Positions 1-9,750 of a stretch of DNA of 20,000 nt are shown here, one piece after another. The stretch is from an uncultured virus (IMG/VR IMGVR_UViG_3300044623_000338). Lineage: Duplodnaviria; Heunggongvirae; Uroviricota; Caudoviricetes. Within the stretch, counting starts at the first letter, position 1. Every line of letters begins with the position of its first letter. The stretch lies in IMG/VR virus record IMGVR_UViG_3300044623_000338; one strand, written 5' to 3'. The position numbers were made by a program, and so were the translations under genes. The notes below the pieces were generated by a model, which saw only the letters and a list, made by a program, of their open reading frames with translations, searched no databases and was not told the origin of the DNA.

Positions 1-2691
1 GGAACTCTTATGTCTGTAGACGACCCTAGACTAGACTTGCATAATAATATTAAACTTATTGACGGACTAGGGTATAAGGACAACCGCAAAACATTCTTCA
101 CAGCTCTGCGTGTAGTGGCTGGGAAAGAGATACTCCGTATAGATGTAGAGCGCCGGGCTGATGCTAAGTTATATAAAGATTTTGAAAAGGTCCTACAAGG
201 GGATATAGATCACCTAACAGGTGCGTTAGTAGACGCAAGAAGGGCACTTGCCGCTGCGGTTACTGCTAAAGATGCAGTTCAAATAAAAGACTTTAAGAGT
301 GTTATATCCATCATTACTAAAGAAAAAGTAGCCCTTACTACTAGAGCCACTCAGTTAAAAGAAGCCTCTAATAAGCTATACGCTAAGCATGGTAAGAAAT
401 CTGCAGTTGACGTACAAGCTGACATAGATGCTAAGATAGCAAAAGCAGAGAAGAAAGAAGCACTTGTGGCTACTACTACAGACAAGACTAAACGTGACTC
501 CTTACTAGACCAAGTGGAGAAGCTTAGAAATGATGTTGATAGGTTAACTAAAACACTAGAAGTAGGTGTGGGTACTGAACAACGTGTTACGCCAGAAGAT
601 ATTGCCTTGACTGAAGCGTTACTGATTGAAGACCCTAGACTAGGGGACATCATGAATAATATATTTGAGAGGCTCCGTAAAGATGTAGACCTATTTGAAA
701 AAGCAGGGATTATTAATAGTACTACAGCCAATGATTGGCGATCAAACCCTGCTTATATCCCCCTATATAAAAGTATAGAAGATTTATCTGACGACCCTTC
801 TAAATACGTAGAGGTGCTCTCACTAGGGGCTAAACATTCTTGGGAAGTTAAATCACGTGAAGGGAGTAAGCAAACGGTTAATGTCGCAGAAAACTTAGTA
901 AAGCACTCTGCGCTTATGGCAGGGGCGGCGGCTCAAAACATTGCAAGGCAGACTGCGGCTATGCAGTTAAACGCAGTTGCGGATACTCTTTTTTATGAAA
1001 CGAAGGACCGAAGTGACCCACAGGCAACTAAGTTTAAGGTGAATGGGGAGGATGTTTACTACCACATAGGGGACACTCTAGCGTTTGAAGCATTCCAAAC
1101 TATGATACCCCTTCAGCCGGGGTGGATGAGAAAAGTAGCTAAAGCACACGCAAATGTTTTTAGGAAAGTTACCTTGACCACCCCCGTATACTGGTACCGT
1201 CAGCTTATACGGGACCCTTTGATGGCAAACTTAGTAACGCAGTCGGGCCTTATTACACCCCTACACGCTTTATATCACATGGGTAAAATTGTAGCCCGCC
1301 GTTCTGAGGGGTATAACGAGCTACAGAGAAGGGGTATTACGGGTGCCGTAGATACCTTAACAGATACAACACAACTTGTAAAAAGCATAGCAACTAAACG
1401 TGGGGTATCAGGTTGGCTTAGGGACTTTATTGTACACGTACATGAAGCGTCCGATGCAGGTACTAGGGTTGCTGTTTATGAAAAGGCTCTTAAGCTGGCA
1501 GCTAAACGTGGGATAGTAGACCCTCAACAACGTAAGAATTTTGCTGCGATGCAAGCTAAGGAATTAATAAACTTCTCTAAAAAAGGAAAGTCTAGGAATC
1601 ATGCGGCTATGCGAGACTCTGTCCCTTTCTTTGCTTCTACGTTAAATGGTATGGACACCCTTGCTAGAGCCGCAATTCCGGGGGGTTACGGTAATTTAAA
1701 CGTAAAAGATGCGGCTACTGTTAGAAAGCACTTCTATGCTAATGCGGCTATGGTAACAACAGCTTCTATATTGTACGCTCTACAGATGGACGATGATGAG
1801 GAGTATAGGAAATCCACCGACTGGATAACTAGTTGGCTAATACCTACAGGAAATAAAGATAACCCTTTTATAAAAATACCTATCCATTTTGAAGCGGGGT
1901 TTTTATTTAAAGTTATCCCTGAAATACTGGTGCGTGTAAGTAGGGGATCGCTTACACCTAAAGGGGGTAGGAAAGCGTTGTGGGAGGCGTTTAAGGCTCT
2001 ATCGGTACCTCCAATACTCCCTCAAACAGTTAAGCCTGTAGGGGAAGTATTAATGAACCATGACCTTTATACAGGCAACCCTATTAATAGTTTTACAGAA
2101 AGTAGACTGCCTTTAAACCAACGTACAGCACACGCAACTCCTTTAGCTGAGAAAATAGCAGGGGGGTTACCAAGCTTTTTAAATATGTCCCCTAATGATA
2201 TAGAGCATTTAGGTAAAGGTTGGTTTACAGAGGCGTGGGCACTATCTGCTTTGTTGGCGGATGCCTATATCTCTAGTGTTACGGGGGTATCTGCTCCCAC
2301 GAAAGAGTTAGGAGAAAAGTTCTTATGGAAAGGGGTAGTAACTGCTCCAGCTAAAGACAAAGCTCTTAGTGATTACTACGCCTTAGCTAAGTCAGCAGAA
2401 CAAATTGTTAATGGTATTAGAGCTTATAAGCAAGTTGGGGATAAAGAGGAAGCTAAGGCTTTAAGGAACGAACCTGAGAATGAGAAACTACGTAAGATGG
2501 CTCCTCTACTAGGAGCAACAGGGGAACAGATCGGAACTATGCAAGGGCGTATAGCTCGTATAAAGAATACGCCTGATACTGAAATGTCACCTGATGAAAA
2601 AGCTACACGTATACGGGTACTTCAAGAAAAGATTAATAAGCTGGCAAATCGGGCAATAAAACGAGCTGATGAAAAAGGCGTAAGCAGGTAG
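1..2691 (+). CDS. Large polyvalent / internal virion (ejection-type) protein with C-terminal LPD38-like domain; probably 5'-truncated by the window edge
   Basis: The frame is open from position 1 (GGA ACT CTT ATG). The C-terminal part has LPD38-like motifs recognised by eye: WLIPTG..FIKIPIHFEAGFLFKVIPE, PILPQTVKPVGEVLMNHDLYTGNPI, SPNDIEHLGKG. The rest is helical. It converges on the replication block. Confidence 0.75.
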   Translation, partial: GTLMSVDDPRLDLHNNIKLIDGLGYKDNRKTFFTALRVVAGKEILRIDVERRADAKLYKDFEKVLQGDIDHLTGALVDARRALAAAVTAKDAVQIKDFKSVISIITKEKVALTTRATQLKEASNKLYAKHGKKSAVDVQADIDAKIAKAEKKEALVATTTDKTKRDSLLDQVEKLRNDVDRLTKTLEVGVGTEQRVTPEDIALTEALLIEDPRLGDIMNNIFERLRKDVDLFEKAGIINSTTANDWRSNPAYIPLYKSIEDLSDDPSKYVEVLSLGAKHSWEVKSREGSKQTVNVAENLVKHSALMAGAAAQNIARQTAAMQLNAVADTLFYETKDRSDPQATKFKVNGEDVYYHIGDTLAFEAFQTMIPLQPGWMRKVAKAHANVFRKVTLTTPVYWYRQLIRDPLMANLVTQSGLITPLHALYHMGKIVARRSEGYNELQRRGITGAVDTLTDTTQLVKSIATKRGVSGWLRDFIVHVHEASDAGTRVAVYEKALKLAAKRGIVDPQQRKNFAAMQAKELINFSKKGKSRNHAAMRDSVPFFASTLNGMDTLARAAIPGGYGNLNVKDAATVRKHFYANAAMVTTASILYALQMDDDEEYRKSTDWITSWLIPTGNKDNPFIKIPIHFEAGFLFKVIPEILVRVSRGSLTPKGGRKALWEAFKALSVPPILPQTVKPVGEVLMNHDLYTGNPINSFTESRLPLNQRTAHATPLAEKIAGGLPSFLNMSPNDIEHLGKGWFTEAWALSALLADAYISSVTGVSAPTKELGEKFLWKGVVTAPAKDKALSDYYALAKSAEQIVNGIRAYKQVGDKEEAKALRNEPENEKLRKMAPLLGATGEQIGTMQGRIARIKNTPDTEMSPDEKATRIRVLQEKINKLANRAIKRADEKGVSR

Positions 2692-2720
2692 AAAAGGGGG
2701 CGTAAAGCCCCCTCTCTTTT
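2692..2720. terminator. Bidirectional intrinsic terminator between convergent transcription units
   Basis: AAA-AGGGGGC-GTAAA-GCCCCCT-CTCTTTT: 7-bp GC-rich stem with an A tract on the left and a T-rich tail on the right, between the stops at 2691 (+) and 2719 (-). Confidence 0.85.
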
Positions 2721-5520
2721 AGTGGATTTTAGTTGCGTCTAATACTAATGCTAATACTGCAGGGCTGTCTTGTGGAGTACCTGCAGACATACGTATTCTA
2801 GATACATCAAGTAGTACACCTAGCTTAGATAAGTCGTCCGTCATACAGCTATAGGATATCTGCTTTTTAGCACACCAAGACTTCAACACAGAAGATATGA
2901 TATACGCTCGTTTCACATCTGGCTCCCTCCTAATAGCTAGTGGACCACGTGGTGTCTCTATAGGTACAGTCAGCATACCCTCTATATTAGGTGCCTTCTG
3001 GTTTATGATAAGCTGATTCTGTATATGCTCTAACATGAACGTGCCTAGAAAGGCACTTGACCTATCCAAAGAAGACTCATTACTAGCTCTTACCTTCCTG
3101 CTCAACTGCTTAACCATACGATCAAATACAGGCTTAACTGGAACCTCTATCAAGCCTAGGTCATTAGCTACTTTACCACCCCACAGAGCTGTTGCACATA
3201 GAGCTGAGTAGTATCTATCAGGTTGTTCAAGACCTGCAGTTGTATCGAAGTCTACTTGTATCATCTTTAAGTCTTCAACACAGTCATCGTAGTTATCTAG
3301 TACATACTGCATCATAACCTCGCCAGCATGTCCGTAGTTCTCCATTAAGTCCCTAGAGAATATCTGGTCTGTCTGTTGCTTAGTCATAGTATCACTACGT
3401 ACAACCTCTACTTCAAGCACTCGTAAGAGTTCTCCTTCAGGATCAGCTTTCTCCATCTGCAAGACCTCATGCAGACTGTTGTTACCAGAGGTGATGCAAG
3501 GTAAAGACCATGTAGTGTTGTTCACTCGTTCTGAGTTAGCCGCAGCTTGTAGCCTATTCTTACCTCGCCCATTAGTAACACCAAATGCCAGATTGCTAAC
3601 CTCTGTAGGGTGTAGATTAGTAAGCTCATCCATGCATAAAATCATGTTTTGAACTACGCCCATACGGTGGTACTTAGACTGCACAGTATCATCTTTAACC
3701 AGCATAGCTAGATCAGGATGGCCCCAAACGCTGTTAGCTACTTTCTGTATAGTTGACTTACCTACCCCAGAAGAGGCATTGGTAAGATGCACAATAGCAC
3801 CACCTAAAGCAAAGAACTTAAACATAGGTGCACCTAAACTTAAGAACAAAGCAAAGGCTCTTATCTCATTACCCTCTAATGCATAGCAGTCTGCTACCTT
3901 TTTCCATTCATCTACTGTGCCTTGTTTAGAGTAGATGTGTGTTATGTTCTCCGTAGCCTCTGAAGGAGGGCTATACTTAGGAGCTGCATTTTTTGTAAGT
4001 TCTCTTGTACCGATAACAAAAGACTTACCCCCGTCATTCCATCCAAATTGTTGTCTCACTAGTTCCGCCGCCGATGTATTTTGTAAATGTTTAGTCCATG
4101 TCACCAAGTAGCCCATTAACCCTTTCATCTGGTATGTACTAGCGGCGACACCACGTTTTGATAACATATCCCTACATTTATCCCCTGCTGTTACCGTAGC
4201 GAGAGGTGCCACAAAATCACTAATTCCATCATGAGGTCTGATAAGTCGCATGTGGATAACTTCACCTACATCTGGGTCTGTACGTCTACCCACTACATAG
4301 AAGTCGTTTTCATATACAAGGTTCTTATCCTCTTCTCCTTCATCAGCATCATCAAGCGGCTTCTTGATATACACACCGCCTTTAGGGCCTCTGAAATAAG
4401 GGAACGGATACTCAGGTATCTCTATATCTACCTCACCTAGATCAGGACTAACTGCCGTGATAATGTTCTCAGTAGGTGTGGCTTCCAGTATGTCCTTGCC
4501 TAGCATCAAAGGAGTTTTTATCTTACCCCTGTGTACACATGTCTCACACAGCCCTGCAGGTCCGGTGGTGTTAAAGGTGTCGCATAAGAACGGACCACTA
4601 ATCCTAGATGCCTCATACTCTGTCTCTGCTGGGTCGTAGGTATCGTACTGGTTGGATATGTTATGTATGGCTGTTTCTTTGTCAGAGCAGTATTGGGCTA
4701 TTGATAGTCCTGCCCTCCATAAAGGTTCGTTGTCTTCTTCATTAGGGAAATTGTATATATGTGCTAGATGAGCACATCCCTTACCTGCTAAGCTCTTCTT
4801 CATAATCCGAGAGAACTTATAAATTGTATTCCCTAGCAGTGCTCTAGTTGTGTCATTTAAACCAGAACCTGTATTGCCTCCTGATAGTTCCAGCATAGTG
4901 ACAGGGGTTAACTCACCTGTATTTAGTAACGCTTTAAACAACTCTATAGGTTTGGAAGGGCTTAGCTTTAATACAGTTACATCAGCTTCCAAGCCGCCTT
5001 TAAAGTTAGTAGTATCAGGGAGTCTTAATATCCTTACAGCATCTGTAGTTAGTCCTTTGTCTTTTACTTTGAACCCCTCGGACATAATGCGTTGTACAAG
5101 AGCTACTGCTAAGGGCTTCCAAGTGTTGTAATCAACTGCTTCTGTGAATGACCAATAGCAATGTATGCCGTACCCTGAGCTAACTATCGTAGGTGTAGGT
5201 AGTTGTAATGCACCTGAGAAGTTCTTTAGTGCAACCAACCCATCATGCTGAGTAGGAAACTCTGTTCCTTTACCGATATCTAAATCAATATAAAGACTTC
5301 TAAATCCTTTAGTGTTCTTGGCAAATCTACCCGATCTATCGTTGTATGATGCAGGTGAAAAGTAAGCATCCCTATTATCTAATGGTTGTTGCTCTGCCCA
5401 CTGGTCTACTTCCTCAAGGGTATTTAAAAATGTCTGTTGAGCTTTACCTTTTTTGATCCCGACTACACAATACACGCCTTCAAAAGGTAGAATTTGCTTA
5501 AGGAACTCTAAACGGTTCAC
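2719..5520 (-). CDS. DNA primase-helicase (AEP-type primase N-terminus + Cys-rich domain + DUF927/Cch-like helicase)
   Basis: AEP-like motifs YIDLDIG, SSGYGIHCYW and RILRLPDTTNFK. Cys cluster (C..CVH..IKTP), QQFGW, Walker A SSGVGKST, Walker B CMDE, NGRGKNRL. The likely start is GTG at 5520 (GGAGA SD; GTGA overlap with the HNH stop) rather than TTG at 5532. Confidence 0.85.
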   Translation of the reverse strand: MNRLEFLKQILPFEGVYCVVGIKKGKAQQTFLNTLEEVDQWAEQQPLDNRDAYFSPASYNDRSGRFAKNTKGFRSLYIDLDIGKGTEFPTQHDGLVALKNFSGALQLPTPTIVSSGYGIHCYWSFTEAVDYNTWKPLAVALVQRIMSEGFKVKDKGLTTDAVRILRLPDTTNFKGGLEADVTVLKLSPSKPIELFKALLNTGELTPVTMLELSGGNTGSGLNDTTRALLGNTIYKFSRIMKKSLAGKGCAHLAHIYNFPNEEDNEPLWRAGLSIAQYCSDKETAIHNISNQYDTYDPAETEYEASRISGPFLCDTFNTTGPAGLCETCVHRGKIKTPLMLGKDILEATPTENIITAVSPDLGEVDIEIPEYPFPYFRGPKGGVYIKKPLDDADEGEEDKNLVYENDFYVVGRRTDPDVGEVIHMRLIRPHDGISDFVAPLATVTAGDKCRDMLSKRGVAASTYQMKGLMGYLVTWTKHLQNTSAAELVRQQFGWNDGGKSFVIGTRELTKNAAPKYSPPSEATENITHIYSKQGTVDEWKKVADCYALEGNEIRAFALFLSLGAPMFKFFALGGAIVHLTNASSGVGKSTIQKVANSVWGHPDLAMLVKDDTVQSKYHRMGVVQNMILCMDELTNLHPTEVSNLAFGVTNGRGKNRLQAAANSERVNNTTWSLPCITSGNNSLHEVLQMEKADPEGELLRVLEVEVVRSDTMTKQQTDQIFSRDLMENYGHAGEVMMQYVLDNYDDCVEDLKMIQVDFDTTAGLEQPDRYYSALCATALWGGKVANDLGLIEVPVKPVFDRMVKQLSRKVRASNESSLDRSSAFLGTFMLEHIQNQLIINQKAPNIEGMLTVPIETPRGPLAIRREPDVKRAYIISSVLKSWCAKKQISYSCMTDDLSKLGVLLDVSRIRMSAGTPQDSPAVLALVLDATKIH

Positions 5521-5999
5521 ACATGTCTCCAAATTCTACGGTTTATAATCATACATATTAATTGATTACATACCCCGTATATATCAGCAAGTCTTTGATG
5601 TGTAATACCCCCTTGTAAATATGTATCTCTAATAGAAACAACGTCCTTCTCAGTTAATTTAGAATTTTTATGCGTCTCCCCTTTAGGGGCTCTTCCTTTA
5701 AGAGATTTATCACGGTTATTATCAGAGGCGTCTCCGATAAAAAAATGAGCGGGGTTTTGGCAGAGCTTATTATCACAAGTATGTAATACATAGTCATGGT
5801 TATTTAGGCTTCTTATACTCGGAATTAATCCTGCAATATAAGCAGCTACTCTATGAGCACTTCCTTGTTCTCTAGGAGAATTAAATTTAAACACTCCATA
5901 ACCACTAGCAATAGAAGGGGACTTCCAGTTCCAGCACTCAGCCTCCTCTTTTTTATCTACTTTACGCCAGTAATTTTTTAGTTGGTTTTCTGTTAACAT
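5517..5999 (-). CDS. HNH homing endonuclease (free-standing) with C-terminal HTH-like DNA-binding domain
   Basis: ECWNW, GYG, AHRVA, VLHTCDNKLCQNPAH..G...DN, followed by the GE.H.NSKLTEKDV..IR...LA..YGV tail typical of phage HNH endonucleases. Confidence 0.9.
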   Translation of the reverse strand: MLTENQLKNYWRKVDKKEEAECWNWKSPSIASGYGVFKFNSPREQGSAHRVAAYIAGLIPSIRSLNNHDYVLHTCDNKLCQNPAHFFIGDASDNNRDKSLKGRAPKGETHKNSKLTEKDVVSIRDTYLQGGITHQRLADIYGVCNQLICMIINRRIWRHV

Positions 6000-6020
6000 G
6001 GCATCTACCTTTTTTACGGG

Positions 6021-6047
6021 AAAAAAAGGGGCGGATTGTACCGCCCC
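6021..6047 (-). terminator. Rho-independent terminator downstream of the putative SSB gene
   Basis: Minus strand reads GGGGCGG-TACAAT-CCGCCCC-TTTTTTT: a perfect 7-bp stem plus 7 U, about 20 nt after the stop at 6068. Confidence 0.85.
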
Positions 6048-6067
6048 ACAAGCGTAACTAGTTTTAC

Positions 6068-6958
6068 CTAGTCAGCCCACTCCCCAAGAATCGACTCCAT
6101 AGTGGTCGGTGTAGGGGTAGCAGATGCTTTCTTTTCTCGTACTATAGGTTCTGCAGTCTCAACTGCTTTAGGCTTAGGTGCTTCTTTCTTTATGAACTCT
6201 AATTCTTCAGGCTCTTCAGATCGTGCAGACTTAGCTGAAGCTGGTTGGAATGACATAGTAACTGCCATCTTAGCCTCTGGAGATTTGCCATGTGTAGTAA
6301 CAGCTTCCAGCTCTTCTATCTCTAAAGCACGAACTGCTCTAAATACCATCTTAGGTGTAGCTGAATCTGTATCAAAACGCATCTCAGTTACTACATCAGT
6401 AATATTAAGACCGTTTGAACCTAACAACTTAGCGTACTGCATAAGAGGCATCTTGTTGTTCTCACCCTTACCGAATAGAGAAGTAGCGGCTAGAGATAGT
6501 TCATACAGCTCACCACTGATAGCATCGTTCTCTAACAGTACAGCCAGTCTATGTGTGTAACGACAAGCTCTACCTGATCCTTGTTTTGCAGACCCTGCGA
6601 TGTTTTGTGGGCATGTTGCACAGTTTACAGATTGTGCAGACTCACTGTTCTTATCAGGTTGGTCTCCATCATTACTCCAGCAAGAAGGAGCAGTTACTAC
6701 ACCCTCTTGATAAGCCGCAGAATAAAACTGCCTAGATGTTTTTGGAGCTGCCGCCGCAATGATAATGTTCATTGCTCTATCTTCGTTCTTAGCAATCTCT
6801 TGACCGCCTACTACCATACGAAAGATATTACCTTTGATTGAGATACGTCTAGTGCTAGTACCACCCATAAGGGCTCTAGTAGTTTCACTCAGCTCTACGT
6901 TTCTAAAATGTGCTGGTACTGCACCGCCATTTTTAAAGATACTCATTTCATTGCTCAT
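6068..6958 (-). CDS. Putative single-stranded DNA-binding / recombination protein
   Basis: RRISIKG..FR, a CWSNDG..P....CATCPQN..GS..GSGRACR Cys cluster, a low-complexity linker and an acidic/aromatic tail (ILGEWAD). Lies in the replication module with its own terminator. Function is inferred. Confidence 0.55.
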   Translation of the reverse strand: MSNEMSIFKNGGAVPAHFRNVELSETTRALMGGTSTRRISIKGNIFRMVVGGQEIAKNEDRAMNIIIAAAAPKTSRQFYSAAYQEGVVTAPSCWSNDGDQPDKNSESAQSVNCATCPQNIAGSAKQGSGRACRYTHRLAVLLENDAISGELYELSLAATSLFGKGENNKMPLMQYAKLLGSNGLNITDVVTEMRFDTDSATPKMVFRAVRALEIEELEAVTTHGKSPEAKMAVTMSFQPASAKSARSEEPEELEFIKKEAPKPKAVETAEPIVREKKASATPTPTTMESILGEWAD

Positions 6959-7188
6959 TGTACTTCCTCGTTTGGTTGTTTTTTGGTTATGGTATTTTTT
7001 AAGCGTAAGAACTCTGCCACATTAGTAGCACTGTATACTGGCCTTTCATTGGTAACAACAGTACTACGTACACCTTTATAGTAGGTGTCGAGTGCCCCTG
7101 CCTGTCTAAGCCTACGTAGTGTCCTGCTGGAGAGACCTAGTATCTTACTAACTTCTGCTCCCGTCAAGAAAACTTCTTCCTCATCCAT
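6955..7188 (-). CDS. Excisionase/MerR-like HTH DNA-binding protein
   Basis: FLTGAEVSKILGLSSRTLRRLRQAG...YSATNVAEFL matches the HTH_17-type pattern; ATGA overlap with the downstream gene. Confidence 0.75.
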   Translation of the reverse strand: MDEEEVFLTGAEVSKILGLSSRTLRRLRQAGALDTYYKGVRSTVVTNERPVYSATNVAEFLRLKNTITKKQPNEEVQ

Positions 7189-7575
7189 TTACTTTCTCCT
7201 AACTGTGATGCTATAACGACTATCTACGTTCATACCGGGTGGCATGAGAGTAGGGTTTTCTTCTAAAAAGTTTTTCATATTGGTTTGGTGTACCCTCTGT
7301 TCCATTAGGTCTAATGCATCATTATCTTTAATGAATTGTTTCATGCTCCCCCAGTCTGAAGTCCAGTACCTAGTTTTAACTGTTTTAAACACACTACCTG
7401 CAGGTGTACGTAACCCCTCGGCACCCATTTCTTTGCACATCTCTAACAAGGCTTGCGTAATAATATCTTGCTGTGCCTTGATAGCACCTTCTTTCTCATC
7501 AAACTCTCTTTGGAGTTTTACTAGTGCATCACGCATCTTTATATAGACCGTAACTAATTGTTCTGCGTTCATCAT
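7189..7575 (-). CDS. Conserved phage protein (coiled-coil N-terminus; Gam/Gp157-like, tentative)
   Basis: Helical N-terminus, then LRTPAGSVFK..WTSDW...PPGMNV..SITVRRK, a pattern I associate with phage replication modules. Exact family not established. Confidence 0.5.
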   Translation of the reverse strand: MMNAEQLVTVYIKMRDALVKLQREFDEKEGAIKAQQDIITQALLEMCKEMGAEGLRTPAGSVFKTVKTRYWTSDWGSMKQFIKDNDALDLMEQRVHQTNMKNFLEENPTLMPPGMNVDSRYSITVRRK

Positions 7576-7581
7576 TGTCTC

Positions 7582-7869
7582 CTATTCTATTGGTAGGGCT
7601 AACTCAGTGTTTGGTAAAGGTACAAGCATCTCAGGTGTTGGTGTTCCACTATCATGTAAAATAAATGTAGCTGGTGCATTCGGTCCTACTATGGCTGTCA
7701 TGCCACCTACGTCCATAACCTGCGTGACCCCATTACCGCCCATATCTAATATGTTGTACCCGTTAGCTGTAGGTACGATGGCTTGCATAGGCTGTCCCGG
7801 CGTTAGTATAAGTGCCGCCGCTATAGATATAGTTGGTGCTAATAGCATTAAAAATAATATGTTCTTCAT
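7582..7869 (-). CDS. Hypothetical exported protein
   Basis: GGAGA SD. The N-terminus MKNILFLMLLAPTISIAAA looks like a Sec signal peptide; the mature part is Gly/Pro/Thr-rich and nearly lacks basic residues. Confidence 0.55.
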   Translation of the reverse strand: MKNILFLMLLAPTISIAAALILTPGQPMQAIVPTANGYNILDMGGNGVTQVMDVGGMTAIVGPNAPATFILHDSGTPTPEMLVPLPNTELALPIE

Positions 7870-7878
7870 ATCTTTCTC

Positions 7879-8163
7879 CTAGTGTAAAGTTTTGGGTGTA
7901 TCTAAATAAGCACGTATCTCTTTAGCAAGTACGCCTCGTTCATTTCTTTCACAGCTTCTAATTAAATTCTCCAGAGCTTGTACAGTTGCAGTCTTATAAA
8001 GGGTATCTAAGACATTCATAAAGTAGTCAGCATTTGGCTCATCGACTGGTACACTAAATCCTATACCTAGATCACTCTCCTGAATCTTTACAAGTACGTA
8101 TAACCCCTCATCATCTTCATCACCATCTTCTTCTATTTCTAGTATTTCTAAGTCTTCGTTCAT
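7879..8163 (-). CDS. Hypothetical acidic protein
   Basis: ATGA overlap with the helicase stop; very acidic N-terminus (EDLEILEIEEDGDEDDEG). Confidence 0.65.
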   Translation of the reverse strand: MNEDLEILEIEEDGDEDDEGLYVLVKIQESDLGIGFSVPVDEPNADYFMNVLDTLYKTATVQALENLIRSCERNERGVLAKEIRAYLDTPKTLH

Positions 8164-9704
8164 TCTAATACCTCTTTAAATAAGTCTAATAGCTTCGTTT
8201 GGGAAGCCCCTTTGTTCTCCAGTACACCTAGTACCTTCTTCTCTACTGAGCTTCCTATTAAATGCACGACTGTACATCTGTTAATCTGCCCTGCTCTGTG
8301 TATACGTGCATTAGCTTGCATGTATGTTTCTAGTGATAGGGTCATACCCCACCAGATAATTGTAGCGGCTGCATGTAGAGTAACTCCATGACTAGCAGAT
8401 TGTGGTTGAATAACTAGTATGCGTGGGTCTTTGCTAGTCTGAAACTGATTGAATATCTCCGCCCTCTTACCAACACTTACCCCACCATGTATTATGTCTA
8501 CGGTATGCCCTGCATCTGTCAGAACTTTCTGCACCATCTCGATAGTATGCCTAAACATAACGAACACGATCACCTTGTGCGCTGTCTCATCAATAATACT
8601 TAGTAGCTCAGTAGATCGGTTCTTAACATCAAACTCAATAACCCCACCTGTATCTGAGTACACAGCACCTGCTGATAGTTGGAGCAACTTGTTCAAAGCT
8701 ACTGCCGCATTAGCCGCAGATATCTCCTCACCTCCTGCCATCATAAGCATCTCTTTCTTGAGTAACTTGTAGTACTTCTCTTGCTGTGCTGTTAACGGTA
8801 CATCTCTGGTCTGATACACAAGTTCTGGTAAGTCTAAGCACTCTTCCTTTGTGTACCGTATGGCAGGTTGTAAGATGCTATGTACTATCTCCTCTGCCTC
8901 TGGACGGTTCCTAAACACAAACATAGACTGCCGTATCTGTACTAAATCCCTGAATGCATTGAACGCTCTAGGCACACTCTTGGGGTTCATTATCTTAGCT
9001 AGTCCATAGGCATCTACCGGAGACTGCGCCGCAGGTGTACCTGTCAGTAACCATAACCACGTATCGTCCTTGATTAGTTTGTTTAGTACTTTCCAACGCT
9101 TAGTAGCTACGTTCTTAAGATGTGTTGCCTCATCCACTACGATCAGATCAAAGCCTCCTGCATCTATCTCATCTTGAACAATCTCTACACCATCGTAATT
9201 GATAATGATTATCTCAGCACTACCCTTAATAATCGCAGCTCTCTTATCACGACTACCATGTGCTATCTCTACTGATCGGTGCATGACTGTTCTGAATAAG
9301 TCCCTACGCCAAGCGGCATCCATAATGGATAGAGGGCAGATTACTAGCATACGTCTTATCACACCTAGCTTCATTAGGTAGTCTGCCGCCCAGATAACAG
9401 AGTTGGTCTTGCCTGTGCCCATTTCAGATAGACAGAACGCCTTCTTATTTAGGGTCAAGAACTCTGCTGTTACCCGCTGGTGGTCAAAAGGTTTATACAT
9501 GCCTGTCCACTTATACTGAGTACGGATAGGTGATGGCACATTAGGGAGTTTCATGTTGTTTAGTATATGCGCTTCACCTAAACCAAAATTAACCCACACT
9601 TCTCCTTCAGCTACCAGCCTACTTCTATCAATCACTGACGTAATAGCGTCAGGGTCATCAGTTTTTATGGACAGGAGTTTGTCCTGTTTAACTTCTATTA
9701 TCAT
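8160..9704 (-). CDS. SNF2-family (SF2) helicase
   Basis: Q-motif PFDHQ, Walker A EMGTGKT, VICPLS, Walker B VVDEAT, LTGTP, SHGVTL, QANARIHRAGQ. Confidence 0.9.
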   Translation of the reverse strand: MIIEVKQDKLLSIKTDDPDAITSVIDRSRLVAEGEVWVNFGLGEAHILNNMKLPNVPSPIRTQYKWTGMYKPFDHQRVTAEFLTLNKKAFCLSEMGTGKTNSVIWAADYLMKLGVIRRMLVICPLSIMDAAWRRDLFRTVMHRSVEIAHGSRDKRAAIIKGSAEIIIINYDGVEIVQDEIDAGGFDLIVVDEATHLKNVATKRWKVLNKLIKDDTWLWLLTGTPAAQSPVDAYGLAKIMNPKSVPRAFNAFRDLVQIRQSMFVFRNRPEAEEIVHSILQPAIRYTKEECLDLPELVYQTRDVPLTAQQEKYYKLLKKEMLMMAGGEEISAANAAVALNKLLQLSAGAVYSDTGGVIEFDVKNRSTELLSIIDETAHKVIVFVMFRHTIEMVQKVLTDAGHTVDIIHGGVSVGKRAEIFNQFQTSKDPRILVIQPQSASHGVTLHAAATIIWWGMTLSLETYMQANARIHRAGQINRCTVVHLIGSSVEKKVLGVLENKGASQTKLLDLFKEVLE

Positions 9705-9750
9705 TATTTATCCTCTACAGTCCCTTATGGGGACGAGTCAGTAAATCAAA

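Noticed and set aside
6035..6040. TACAAT in the terminator loop as a -10 promoter box for the HNH/primase genes
   Set aside because: No -35 hexamer at 16-18 bp spacing and no TG extended -10, so it is unsupported.
9125..9145. DEAT instead of DEAH in the SNF2 helicase as a sign of inactivation
   Set aside because: The catalytic DE and all other motifs are intact, and the fourth position varies in phage SNF2-like helicases.
9720..9734. Small hairpin GTCCC-TTATG-GGGAC upstream of the helicase
   Set aside because: Only 5 bp with no U-tract; it may be chance and cannot be assigned a function.
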